From contig JAGOTU010000002.1 of the NCBI GenBank assembly GCA_018061585.1, positions 1 to 36,946 on the forward strand: DNA of 36,946 nt, given 5' to 3'. Origin of the DNA: Minisyncoccota bacterium. Lineage in GTDB: Bacteria; Patescibacteriota; Minisyncoccia; Phycocordibacterales; UBA2100. How positions within the stretch are numbered: the first letter of the stretch is position 1; each line of letters begins with the position of its first letter. Below, piece by piece: positions 17,453 to 25,473 of the stretch. The position numbers and the translations under genes were made by a program. The notes under the pieces were generated by a model. The model saw nothing but the letters and a program-made list of their open reading frames with translations, was not told where the DNA came from and did no database searches.

Positions 17453-19132
17453 TTACGGGAGCATGTCGAGCAACCGAAGCGCAAGCCCCCCGCGGAAAGT
17501 GTCCCGCTCCATCGTCGCAATAGCGGTCGTCGGCTCATTCTGAGTCGGAACTTGTGTGAAATCCTCAGGGGCGCGAAAAAAGTCGTATGCACGGGCTGTT
17601 TCCCCCGTTTCAGTGCATTCGAGCGTAACTTCTACGTGATTTTGCTCTTTCCCGAATCGCTTGAGACCAATTACCTTTGCCTGGCTGATACGAATAACGG
17701 GCTTCGGATTCCCCATCCCGAACGGCGCGAGTCGGGCCATGTCCCGAAAGAGCGGCCATGAGACCTGTTTGAGGGTCAGCGTCATATCGGATTCCGGTGT
17801 CGGTTTCTTTTCGATACGTGAGAGTGTTTGTGCGGCGCTCGCAAGATCTTCTTGCAACGTATGTACTTTATCCGGAATCACGGAAAAGCCTCCCGAAGCT
17901 GAATGTCCACCGAACTCTTCGAACGACTCGGTTGCCGCAGTGAATAGGTCCACAACGGAGATCGCGCCGTCTGACCGACATGAGCCTTTTATATTCCCTG
18001 CACCATCTCGTCCCCAGAGGCACACAACACCGCCGCGGTCGTTCATTATCGAATTCGCGGCAAGACCCAAAAGGGCAGGTTTCCATTCCGGATCTCCGAG
18101 CACGACCACCTTGTCCGCCTCGGTGAACCGCTCCTTTGATCGCTTCTTGATCTCGCGCACTATCCCCGCAACGACACCCTTACGTGATGCGTTCAGTTTT
18201 TCGAGCTCAGTTGCTATCGCATCCGCCTCTCCGTGATCCTTTGTGGTGAGCAATCGTAGTGCAAGGATAGGCTCTCCCATTCTTGAAGCTGCGTTGATGC
18301 GGGGTCCGATCGAAAAGCCGATGTCCTCTTCCGAGAGTTCGGCTTTGCGTAATCGTAATTTAATGCAGAGCGCGATGATCCCCGGGCGAGGCGACTTACG
18401 CAGAACCTGCAGGCCCCAATGTGTAAGCACGCGGTTCTCGCCCACGAGCGGAACCATGTCGGCGATCGTAGCGATCGCAACAAGATCGAGCAGCCATTTC
18501 TCCCAACCCTCCTGGACCGCGAGGAACGCGTCCATCTTCCGCTCCCGACCGGCACGCAGTGTTGCCTGCACCAGTTTGAATGCCATTGCGGCGCCACAGA
18601 GGTTCGGAAACGGATAGCCCTCTCGTTTCGGATTCAATACGGCGACCGCAGGAGGCGGGTCACCGATGAGTTCGTGGTGATCGGTCACGATCACATCCAC
18701 CCCGAGGGTATTCGCATGCCTCACCGCGTCGTATGCGTTCGTTCCCACGTCGACGGTAACAATGAGCTGCACGCCGTCCTTTGCGAGTGTAGTGATCGCA
18801 TCCCTATGAAATCCATATCCCTCCCGATCACGATGCGGTATGTAGATACGCACGTTTTCGTGCCCGATCTTCTCAAAGAAATCGCTGAGCACTGATGCTC
18901 CGGGTATCCCGTCACAATCAAAATCGGCGTATACCGCAATACGCTGATTTTGAGCAATAGCATCGAGAAGCCTCTCTGTCGCCAGCGACATGTCCGCGAT
19001 GAGTTCCGGCCTATGAGTGTGCGCTTCGTAATCCGGGCGCAGGAACGCTTCAATATCCTCGGGGGTTTCGACACCACGACTCTTGAGTAGGGACCGCACG
19101 ACATCAGTGATCTCGATATCGGAGGTTTGCAT
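17453..19132 (-). CDS. recJ: Single-stranded-DNA-specific exonuclease RecJ
   Basis: DHH motifs ([15 protein letters not shown]) and a DHHA1-like region. Start placed at ATG 19132 ([10 protein letters not shown]...), because the track's 48-aa extension overlaps the divergent HIT gene. Confidence 0.93.
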   Translation of the reverse strand: MQTSDIEITDVVRSLLKSRGVETPEDIEAFLRPDYEAHTHRPELIADMSLATERLLDAIAQNQRIAVYADFDCDGIPGASVLSDFFEKIGHENVRIYIPHRDREGYGFHRDAITTLAKDGVQLIVTVDVGTNAYDAVRHANTLGVDVIVTDHHELIGDPPPAVAVLNPKREGYPFPNLCGAAMAFKLVQATLRAGRERKMDAFLAVQEGWEKWLLDLVAIATIADMVPLVGENRVLTHWGLQVLRKSPRPGIIALCIKLRLRKAELSEEDIGFSIGPRINAASRMGEPILALRLLTTKDHGEADAIATELEKLNASRKGVVAGIVREIKKRSKERFTEADKVVVLGDPEWKPALLGLAANSIMNDRGGVVCLWGRDGAGNIKGSCRSDGAISVVDLFTAATESFEEFGGHSASGGFSVIPDKVHTLQEDLASAAQTLSRIEKKPTPESDMTLTLKQVSWPLFRDMARLAPFGMGNPKPVIRISQAKVIGLKRFGKEQNHVEVTLECTETGETARAYDFFRAPEDFTQVPTQNEPTTAIATMERDTFRGGLALRLLDMLP

Positions 19133-19139
19133 GGCGCGT

Positions 19140-19145
19140 ATTGTA
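19140..19145 (-). promoter_or_regulatory. -10-like TACAAT 7 nt before recJ ATG
   Basis: Recurrent leaderless-type arrangement. Confidence 0.45.
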
Positions 19146-19162
19146 TCGCGGTTATACGGGTG

Positions 19163-19168
19163 TACACT
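19163..19168 (+). promoter_or_regulatory. -10-like TACACT 6 nt before HIT ATG
   Basis: Recurrent leaderless-type arrangement. Confidence 0.4.
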
Positions 19169-19174
19169 CTCGAC

Positions 19175-19537
19175 ATGAAGGACTGTGTCTTTTGTAAAAT
19201 CGTTCGCAAGGAAATACCGGCGACGGTGGTATACGAAGACGACCATTTTCTCGCGTTCATGGATATACATCCTCACGCTTCAGGACACGTCCAGGTAGTT
19301 CCCAAGGAACATTACCGTTGGGTATGGGATGTGCCGGAGATAGGACACTACTTTGAAGTGGTCCAGAAGATCGCCAAAGCACAGCAGCGAGTCTTTCACG
19401 AATCTGTTCGTTCCCGCGTTATGGGCGACGAAGTTCACCATGCGCACGTATGGCTGTTCCCTCACCCGGAGGAAACCCCTGGCGATAAAAATGATTTCGT
19501 CGGCAACGCGACCAAGATAATTGAAGCGTTGCACTAA
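19175..19537 (+). CDS. HIT-family nucleotide hydrolase/transferase
   Basis: [10 protein letters not shown]...; histidine triad in [10 protein letters not shown]. Confidence 0.9.
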   Translation: MKDCVFCKIVRKEIPATVVYEDDHFLAFMDIHPHASGHVQVVPKEHYRWVWDVPEIGHYFEVVQKIAKAQQRVFHESVRSRVMGDEVHHAHVWLFPHPEETPGDKNDFVGNATKIIEALH

Positions 19538-19567
19538 AAAAGCCCTGAACTCTGTCAGGGCTTTTTT
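19535..19567. terminator. Bidirectional rho-independent terminator
   Basis: AAAAAA-GCCCTGA-loop-TCAGGGC-TTTTTT between convergent genes. Confidence 0.8.
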
Positions 19568-19578
19568 AGACGAAAACG

Positions 19579-21186
19579 TTATTGTAGGTAGCCTTCGTTG
19601 CCGGTGCACACTCCTTCGTGCATGAGCGTAGCGTTGGAGTTATTCATTTGGCAGCGGTTCGAATAGGTCTGCGGCTCGTGCATCTGGCACATAAGCGCAC
19701 AGTACATACCAGGAGCACAGGTGTTCGCACATCCGTTCGGTCGACCGCACACAGGTTGATATTGTCCGGTACATGCAGTCTGTGACACCTGGACTGTCGC
19801 CGTTGATCGCGCCTCTTTGCCTTCACTATCGGTCACGGTCAGACCAACTGTGTAGTTTCCGGCAGTTGCGTACGAGTGTGTGAATGACGAATCCTGTTGG
19901 ATGCTCGCCTGCGGCGCCATGGTTCGCATAGCAGCCTCGGACGCAGTCCACTCATCCCCCCATACGATCGAGTACTTGAGTGTCCCGTTCTCGGGATCGG
20001 TCGCCGTTATTTTCCAGGTTCCGATCTCGTTCACAGCGAGTAATACCGGTCCGGAGAAGGACGAAATGACCGGCGCCTTGTTGGAATTAGAACCGTTGTC
20101 GAAATACGCACTGCAGTACGGTTTCTGCATGCTCTCCGGGGAGCAGTATTTGAGCGTGCAGAACGCAGGACCACCCGGAGTTGAACGACCGCAGCTGTTA
20201 CAGCCGTCATTCCATGACTTACACATTGAGTCGTTTTCCGGGGAGACGGTCGTGTCTTTGCACGCGCCACTGTACAAAAGAGTCGCACCGTCTGCCTTCA
20301 TAGTGCAAACGTTGCCGTACGTTGTGGGGACCGGGTTACACGGCGCTGCTACACAAACGACCTGCTTTGCTCCGCAGACCGGCATGTATTCCTTGGTGCA
20401 CGCGACCGGCGAATTGCCCACGATCACTTTTTCCGTTGCAATGGTCTCGTCTTTGCATCCATTCAGGCACATACCGCCGCTCTTTACGATCGATACGATA
20501 TACACATCGTCGGCTGTGTACGTGTGACTGAAAGAGACGGGAGTCTGGCAACGGGACGGGTAGATATCCTGACCATTCGTTGCGCAGTGAACCCATTGTC
20601 GTTCGGTTCCGTCACCGAAATCGATCATCGTGTCGCGACCGTCGGCCATGCTGGGTCGATAATCACTCGCGTCTCCGGTCTTCGAGGTGACCGTGACCGT
20701 GAGTGGTGCCGCACCCTTGTTCGGGGACACACTAAGGAGTCCATTGCCGCTGTTGCCGCACCAGATCTTGATGCGCTCTCGACTGAGGGGGCCAAACGAT
20801 CCGATGGCAGAAATGTTGTTCTTGGACTGCCACTTTGCGAGTGCCTGGGCAGTTGCGGGACCGAAGAATCCTGTGGCGGATGCTTGCAGATAGCCTTCGG
20901 TAGAGAGAAATTCCTGGAGACCCTTCACGTCGTCCCCGCTCTGACCACGTACTAGGTTTCGGTTGATTATAGAGCAGATACGATTCGACTTCACTTCACT
21001 CCAGTTCGATACAGGAGAGGTGGACGCGGTCGACTGCATCCTGATCTCGGCCTGCAGTGTCGCGATCTTGGCGAGCAGATCTTTGATCTGCTGCTGCAGA
21101 TCCCCGATAGAGAGAGCCGAGGCGGCGAACGGAGTCGCGAGTGCGACTGAAATAATAATGCCGGCTACGAGTGATTTGGTATTCAT
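19579..21186 (-). CDS. Secreted multidomain protein: coil, PG-binding, PKD-like, Kazal-like, Cys-knot-like, PKD-like, Kazal-like
   Basis: Signal peptide present. GDDVKGLQEFLSTEGYL...ATAQALAKWQ is PG_binding_1-like. IDFGDGT and FTHSYATAGNYTVGLTVTDSEG are PKD-like. CTKEYMPVCG...TYGNVC...SGAC and CTGQYQPVCG...TYSNRC...EGVC are Kazal-like. Confidence 0.85.
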   Translation of the reverse strand: MNTKSLVAGIIISVALATPFAASALSIGDLQQQIKDLLAKIATLQAEIRMQSTASTSPVSNWSEVKSNRICSIINRNLVRGQSGDDVKGLQEFLSTEGYLQASATGFFGPATAQALAKWQSKNNISAIGSFGPLSRERIKIWCGNSGNGLLSVSPNKGAAPLTVTVTSKTGDASDYRPSMADGRDTMIDFGDGTERQWVHCATNGQDIYPSRCQTPVSFSHTYTADDVYIVSIVKSGGMCLNGCKDETIATEKVIVGNSPVACTKEYMPVCGAKQVVCVAAPCNPVPTTYGNVCTMKADGATLLYSGACKDTTVSPENDSMCKSWNDGCNSCGRSTPGGPAFCTLKYCSPESMQKPYCSAYFDNGSNSNKAPVISSFSGPVLLAVNEIGTWKITATDPENGTLKYSIVWGDEWTASEAAMRTMAPQASIQQDSSFTHSYATAGNYTVGLTVTDSEGKEARSTATVQVSQTACTGQYQPVCGRPNGCANTCAPGMYCALMCQMHEPQTYSNRCQMNNSNATLMHEGVCTGNEGYLQ

Positions 21187-21298
21187 CCCGTTAGAAATAG
21201 GACGCGGACTACAAAGAGCCGAGCCCTATTTGACTAGTATTAATAAGCGGTGAGTATTTCATGTTGATGTTTGCGTGTCCGCGATTTCTAACGGGATT
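21185..21298 (-). promoter_or_regulatory. Interrupted 21-bp inverted repeat spanning the start codon of 19579..21186
   Basis: 21185-21198 pairs with 21284-21297 (14 bp) and 21203-21209 pairs with 21277-21283 (7 bp). There is a 4-nt bulge and a 67-nt interior. Confidence 0.45.
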
Positions 21299-21307
21299 CA
21301 TAGCTCC

Positions 21308-21337
21308 AGTATAGAGGTTACGTATTCATAAGCGCAA
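21308..21337 (-). promoter_or_regulatory. Candidate promoter for 19579..21186
   Basis: Minus strand reads TTGCGC-N18-TATACT. The predicted TSS lies just upstream of the distal repeat arm. Confidence 0.4.
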
Positions 21338-21411
21338 AGCGTGACCCTGCGTGAGGATTAGACGCGCCAACCGGTCCGTCCTTTCATGATGAATATTTCG
21401 TGTATAGGAGG

Positions 21412-22539
21412 CTACGCAAGCGCTTGCAAGCCGGGTAGATCCCCTTCCAGAATATATTCAAGCATTGCACCACCTCCGGTAGAAAGGAACCCGAGATTCT
21501 TCCGGTGCATTCCGCTTTCTTCGATGACAGCAATTGTGTCGCCTCCGCCGATGACCTTCTGTGCACCGCTTTGGGCTATGAGTTCCGCTATGGAGTGAGT
21601 CCACTCCCCGTAACCGGACTCATAGAGACCGGTCGGACCATTCCACAGAATGAACTGTGCTTTCTCTATATAAGGAGCAATGAGTGCTATCGTTTCGGGT
21701 CCGATATCGACGATCTTGTCCCCCGTTTCGACTTCGGACGGCTTTTTGACGCGAGCTTGCTTGTCGAGTCTTTCGACGGTCACGTCGACCGGAGCGAGAA
21801 AGTGAGGATGCTCCAGAACATCTTGTCCCGGTAATTCCGCCGAAATGAGTGAGCGCCCCACCGACATGCCGCGCGCCTTGAAGACATCGTTCGCGAGTGC
21901 GCCCGTTATGAATACATTGTCGTAATTGGCGAGCAGCGTGCGAACGAGCGGAGCCTTTGTTTCGAACTTCGCGCCACCCAAGATCGCGAACGACGGATGC
22001 ATCGGTGCGCGGGCCTTTGAAAGTTCGCGAACCTCGGCGTCAACAAGAAGCCCCGAGTAGTGTGGGAGGTATTTCGGAACACCCACAATGGACGCGTGCG
22101 AGCGGTGAGCAGCGGAGAATGCATCACCGACATAGATATCTCCGAGCGAAGCGAGTTCACGTGCGAACTCGTTGTCATTCTTTGTCTCGCGGGGATCACG
22201 TCGGAGGTTCTCCAGGAGGAGTACATCGCCGTCACGCATGGCGTCGCGCGCCGAGTGTGCGACCGGTCCGGTGAGATCCTGCACATACGTGAGTGGTAGC
22301 TCGCTCTTAAGCGCACGCGCGACCGGTGCATTCGTTTCTTCCGGGTCTCGTCCGATATGCGAAAGAATTATGACGCGCGCACCGAGCGATTGCAGGTATG
22401 TGATGGTTTCGGCCGAGCGTCGCACCCGAAAAAGATCTGCGACCTCTCCGGTAGCAGTAAGCGGAACATCGAATCCGGCCCGCACGAGCACATACTTACC
22501 CTTCAGCTCCGGAGCCGGTACATCGTGAATACTTTTCAT
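21412..22539 (-). CDS. pgk: Phosphoglycerate kinase
   Basis: Full-length PGK-like sequence (VRAGFDVPL, GGGDT, STGGGA). The start abuts the tpiA stop. Confidence 0.95.
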   Translation of the reverse strand: MKSIHDVPAPELKGKYVLVRAGFDVPLTATGEVADLFRVRRSAETITYLQSLGARVIILSHIGRDPEETNAPVARALKSELPLTYVQDLTGPVAHSARDAMRDGDVLLLENLRRDPRETKNDNEFARELASLGDIYVGDAFSAAHRSHASIVGVPKYLPHYSGLLVDAEVRELSKARAPMHPSFAILGGAKFETKAPLVRTLLANYDNVFITGALANDVFKARGMSVGRSLISAELPGQDVLEHPHFLAPVDVTVERLDKQARVKKPSEVETGDKIVDIGPETIALIAPYIEKAQFILWNGPTGLYESGYGEWTHSIAELIAQSGAQKVIGGGDTIAVIEESGMHRKNLGFLSTGGGAMLEYILEGDLPGLQALA

Positions 22540-22540
22540 A

Positions 22541-23293
22541 CTAGGCGTTTTGCAGCGACGCGATCAGGCTTGTGATCTTCCGGGGATCTGACGATGCGCG
22601 ACCTACGAGCAATCCTTCCACATCACCATTGCGACACATATCGGCGGCATTCGTCTCGTCAATCGATCCGCCGTAGAGGATCCTCATCTGCATACCGACC
22701 TCACCGTGCATCCCGACCACCGTTTTGCGTATAAATATAGCCATCTCATGCATATCTCGCGGGGTCATGGCATGCGTACCGCCGATCGCCCATACCGGCT
22801 CGTAGGCAATGAGGACCTTTTTTAGCATTCCTTTCTGAACGTCTGCGAGCCCGACACTAAGCTGCTCGGCGACCTTCGCGAAATGTGCACCCGAGGACGT
22901 GCGCTCGGTCTCGCCGATACAGAGGACCGGGGTCATATTGAGTGCGAGTGCAGCAGCCACCTTCTTTCTGGTATCGAGACTCGTCTCACCAAGTGCGCGG
23001 CGTTCTGCGTGACCCACGAGCACGTACGAGGCCTTTGCATCACGCGCCTGAACGAGCGACATCTCTCCCGTGAGCGCTCCGCCATTCTCCGCGCGTGCAT
23101 TCTGCGCACAGAACGCGATCCGCTTACCCTTGTAGAGCAAACGAAGCTGGCGCAGGTATATGCTCGGCGGCGCAAGTACGATGGAAACCTGTTTCGCTTT
23201 TTCGCCCGCTTTGCGCGTCGCATCGAGGAGTGCTTTGGCTTCTTTGAAGGTCGCAGGATTCATCTTCCAGTTCGCGACAAGCAATGATTTCAT
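22541..23293 (-). CDS. tpiA: Triosephosphate isomerase
   Basis: VANWKMN, AYEPVWAIGG and ILYGGS motifs. Confidence 0.95.
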   Translation of the reverse strand: MKSLLVANWKMNPATFKEAKALLDATRKAGEKAKQVSIVLAPPSIYLRQLRLLYKGKRIAFCAQNARAENGGALTGEMSLVQARDAKASYVLVGHAERRALGETSLDTRKKVAAALALNMTPVLCIGETERTSSGAHFAKVAEQLSVGLADVQKGMLKKVLIAYEPVWAIGGTHAMTPRDMHEMAIFIRKTVVGMHGEVGMQMRILYGGSIDETNAADMCRNGDVEGLLVGRASSDPRKITSLIASLQNA

Positions 23294-23300
23294 GCGCCGA

Positions 23301-23309
23301 ATTGTATCA
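23301..23309 (-). promoter_or_regulatory. Extended -10 (TGaTACAAT) 7 nt before tpiA ATG
   Basis: Recurrent leaderless-type arrangement. Confidence 0.5.
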
Positions 23310-23338
23310 CGGTCGATTTTTCACCAGCGACCGCGAGA

Positions 23339-23432
23339 GAGTCCGTGTCTCTTCGGGAATTCGTAGGCCGACGGGCCAAGACTAAGCGCTGCCGCAGCAG
23401 CGGCAGATAGCGACCCGAAGAGACACGGACTC
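23339..23432. repeat. 94-nt element: perfect 19-bp inverted repeat enclosing two GC hairpins
   Basis: GAGTCCGTGTCTCTTCGGG (23339-23357) pairs with CCCGAAGAGACACGGACTC (23414-23432). Inner hairpins are GGCC-GACG-GGCC and CTGCCGC-AGCA-GCGGCAG. Confidence 0.8.
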
Positions 23433-23436
23433 CGAG

Positions 23437-24873
23437 CTATTTCTCCCTCCACAGAGAAAACCTATAGTTGGTTGACGCGACCGGCGTGAATGGCGGCGGC
23501 GAAAATGCAACCAGCTGATCATAGTAGTCATATCGTGTTTGGAATCCGGAACAAAAGATGCCGCCACAGATCCATGATGTGCCGGTGCGACCATTCGAGA
23601 CGACGGTCCCGATCGTCGTGAGGCTCGTTTGCGACACATACGGATCGAGCGATGAAGGCGTGCTGCTGATCGAGAAGTAATCACGTCCGTAGTGACCGCT
23701 TTGTGCCACAAACACGCCGTGAACCTCCATTATGTCGGGCACAACGAGCGGAATGAGTACGTTGCGTTCGGCGATAACGGTCAGTCCGTCGGTTCCATCG
23801 TATGCATTGTAGAGAATATTGTTGTTCAGATACGCATCAGGCGTTGAGGAATTGGACGGAGTCGCAGCAACGAGCGTAACCTTGGCATTCACTGTACCTT
23901 CTACCCACACACGATCCTCGAAGAACATGAGCGAGCAACTGGCCGGAATATTAAATGTACCTATGAGTGTCTGCGATGTAATCACACTGTACTCGGTCGT
24001 GTTCCCATACTGACTCGACTGACTCGGGTAGCCGTCTGTCGAAGTTACCCGGTACAACGTGAACGTGCCATCAGCATTGAATATGACACGATAGCCGCGT
24101 TCGTTGATCGAGCCGGCAGCCGGAGGATAATAGATGCCGCTTGCCTGAGCCTTGGTCTTGAGACCGGCGAAGTCGACCGCAATAAGTGCGAAGTCGATGG
24201 TCGGGACCGGGTACTTCCACAGTTCAGGATTGGTACCATTACCGACGACACCTGGTGCGGCACTTTGCGCCGGCGAGCACCCGTAGCTTGAGCCACAGCT
24301 CCACGTTGCAATGGAGCTCGACACGGTCGAGTTGCTACTTCCATCCATACGAACACCTCCGTTGGAGTGATACGGTCCACGAATGTTTCGGTCCGAACCC
24401 GCCCATACACTTGTGTTCACAACATACGAATATTCAGCGACCGATGGGCGCATATAACGCGCGGTGAGATTGCGCGGGAACAAGCGGTCTGCATATGCGA
24501 CACCCCGGGATTCCAGATCTATCCATTGAACGACGCCGCACTGTAACGTCGGCGTTGCCGTAACTGTAGCGTCCCCCACCGCACCTGTTTCCGGATCGAC
24601 TTCGGTATACGTTTTCGGAGTGACTAAACCCACGCCCGCATCCATGATCGTAGGATTATGTGCGAGGAACCAGCGGTAGTATTCGAGCCCCGCCTCTGCA
24701 ACATGAAGACCTTGCTCACGAGCTGCGAGCGCCCGCCCGTATCGTGACTGCGTGAGCGCATAGCCGGAAATCGTGCTCAAGATAAGCACGAACAGTGCCA
24801 TATACAGAAGCACCATGAGAGTCGTTACGCCTGACTGCGCAGCCAAGCCGCGCGCTCTTGATCGCAGGTTCAT
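23437..24873 (-). CDS. Large PilX/GspK-like pilus-associated protein
   Basis: N-terminus RGLAAQSGVTTLMVLLYMALFVLILSTISGYALTQSRY is PilX_N-like and lacks Glu+5. 478 aa. The start lies 2 nt after the upstream stop. Confidence 0.6.
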   Translation of the reverse strand: MNLRSRARGLAAQSGVTTLMVLLYMALFVLILSTISGYALTQSRYGRALAAREQGLHVAEAGLEYYRWFLAHNPTIMDAGVGLVTPKTYTEVDPETGAVGDATVTATPTLQCGVVQWIDLESRGVAYADRLFPRNLTARYMRPSVAEYSYVVNTSVWAGSDRNIRGPYHSNGGVRMDGSSNSTVSSSIATWSCGSSYGCSPAQSAAPGVVGNGTNPELWKYPVPTIDFALIAVDFAGLKTKAQASGIYYPPAAGSINERGYRVIFNADGTFTLYRVTSTDGYPSQSSQYGNTTEYSVITSQTLIGTFNIPASCSLMFFEDRVWVEGTVNAKVTLVAATPSNSSTPDAYLNNNILYNAYDGTDGLTVIAERNVLIPLVVPDIMEVHGVFVAQSGHYGRDYFSISSTPSSLDPYVSQTSLTTIGTVVSNGRTGTSWICGGIFCSGFQTRYDYYDQLVAFSPPPFTPVASTNYRFSLWREK

Positions 24874-24874
24874 A

Positions 24875-25471
24875 TCATTTACCTATGAGGTTACGGATAG
24901 CGGCGGATGAGTAGAGGCTTAACTGATTCGGTAATGTAGCTGTATTCACATTCACCGCGAGTGTGACCCGCACGAATCGAACTGCAGTGTATGCGGATGT
25001 GGTTGATGCTATCTCGGCACCGAGCGCGTCGTAGTACCGGAACGTTGCGAGACCCTGCGATGTATTGCGCACATAGTCGGCAAGCACATCGGTCGTCTCT
25101 GCCCCCGTGTAATCCGGCGGGTTTCCGGTCGGATTCAGAATACCGCGCATCATGTTGGTGCCACTCAGGTAGTAATGAACCCGCTCAAGCAACGGATCGT
25201 CGTCGACGTCCGCATAGAATACGAGATCGTTCGGCTGCACGGACACGATCGGAAACGCCCCTTGACTTGAGAACGCCGCCTCGCGGATCGTCTTGACCAT
25301 CGTCGACAGTCCGCGCTGCGCCGAGGTCACCGCTGTCGATTGTTCGAGCGCGTATGCGTTGGTACGGTAGAAATACAGTACGGTCGAGGAGATGGCCAGC
25401 ATGGCAGCGATCATGAGCGCGATCCACACCATGGTCTCTATGAATGACATTCCGCGTGTTGTTGTTCGCAT
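24875..25471 (-). CDS. Prepilin-type minor pseudopilin (PilW/GspJ-like)
   Basis: MRTTTRG|MSFIETMVWIALMIAAML is a class III signal with Glu+5. Start trimmed from 25612 to ATG 25471. Confidence 0.8.
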   Translation of the reverse strand: MRTTTRGMSFIETMVWIALMIAAMLAISSTVLYFYRTNAYALEQSTAVTSAQRGLSTMVKTIREAAFSSQGAFPIVSVQPNDLVFYADVDDDPLLERVHYYLSGTNMMRGILNPTGNPPDYTGAETTDVLADYVRNTSQGLATFRYYDALGAEIASTTSAYTAVRFVRVTLAVNVNTATLPNQLSLYSSAAIRNLIGK

Positions 25472-25473
25472 AG

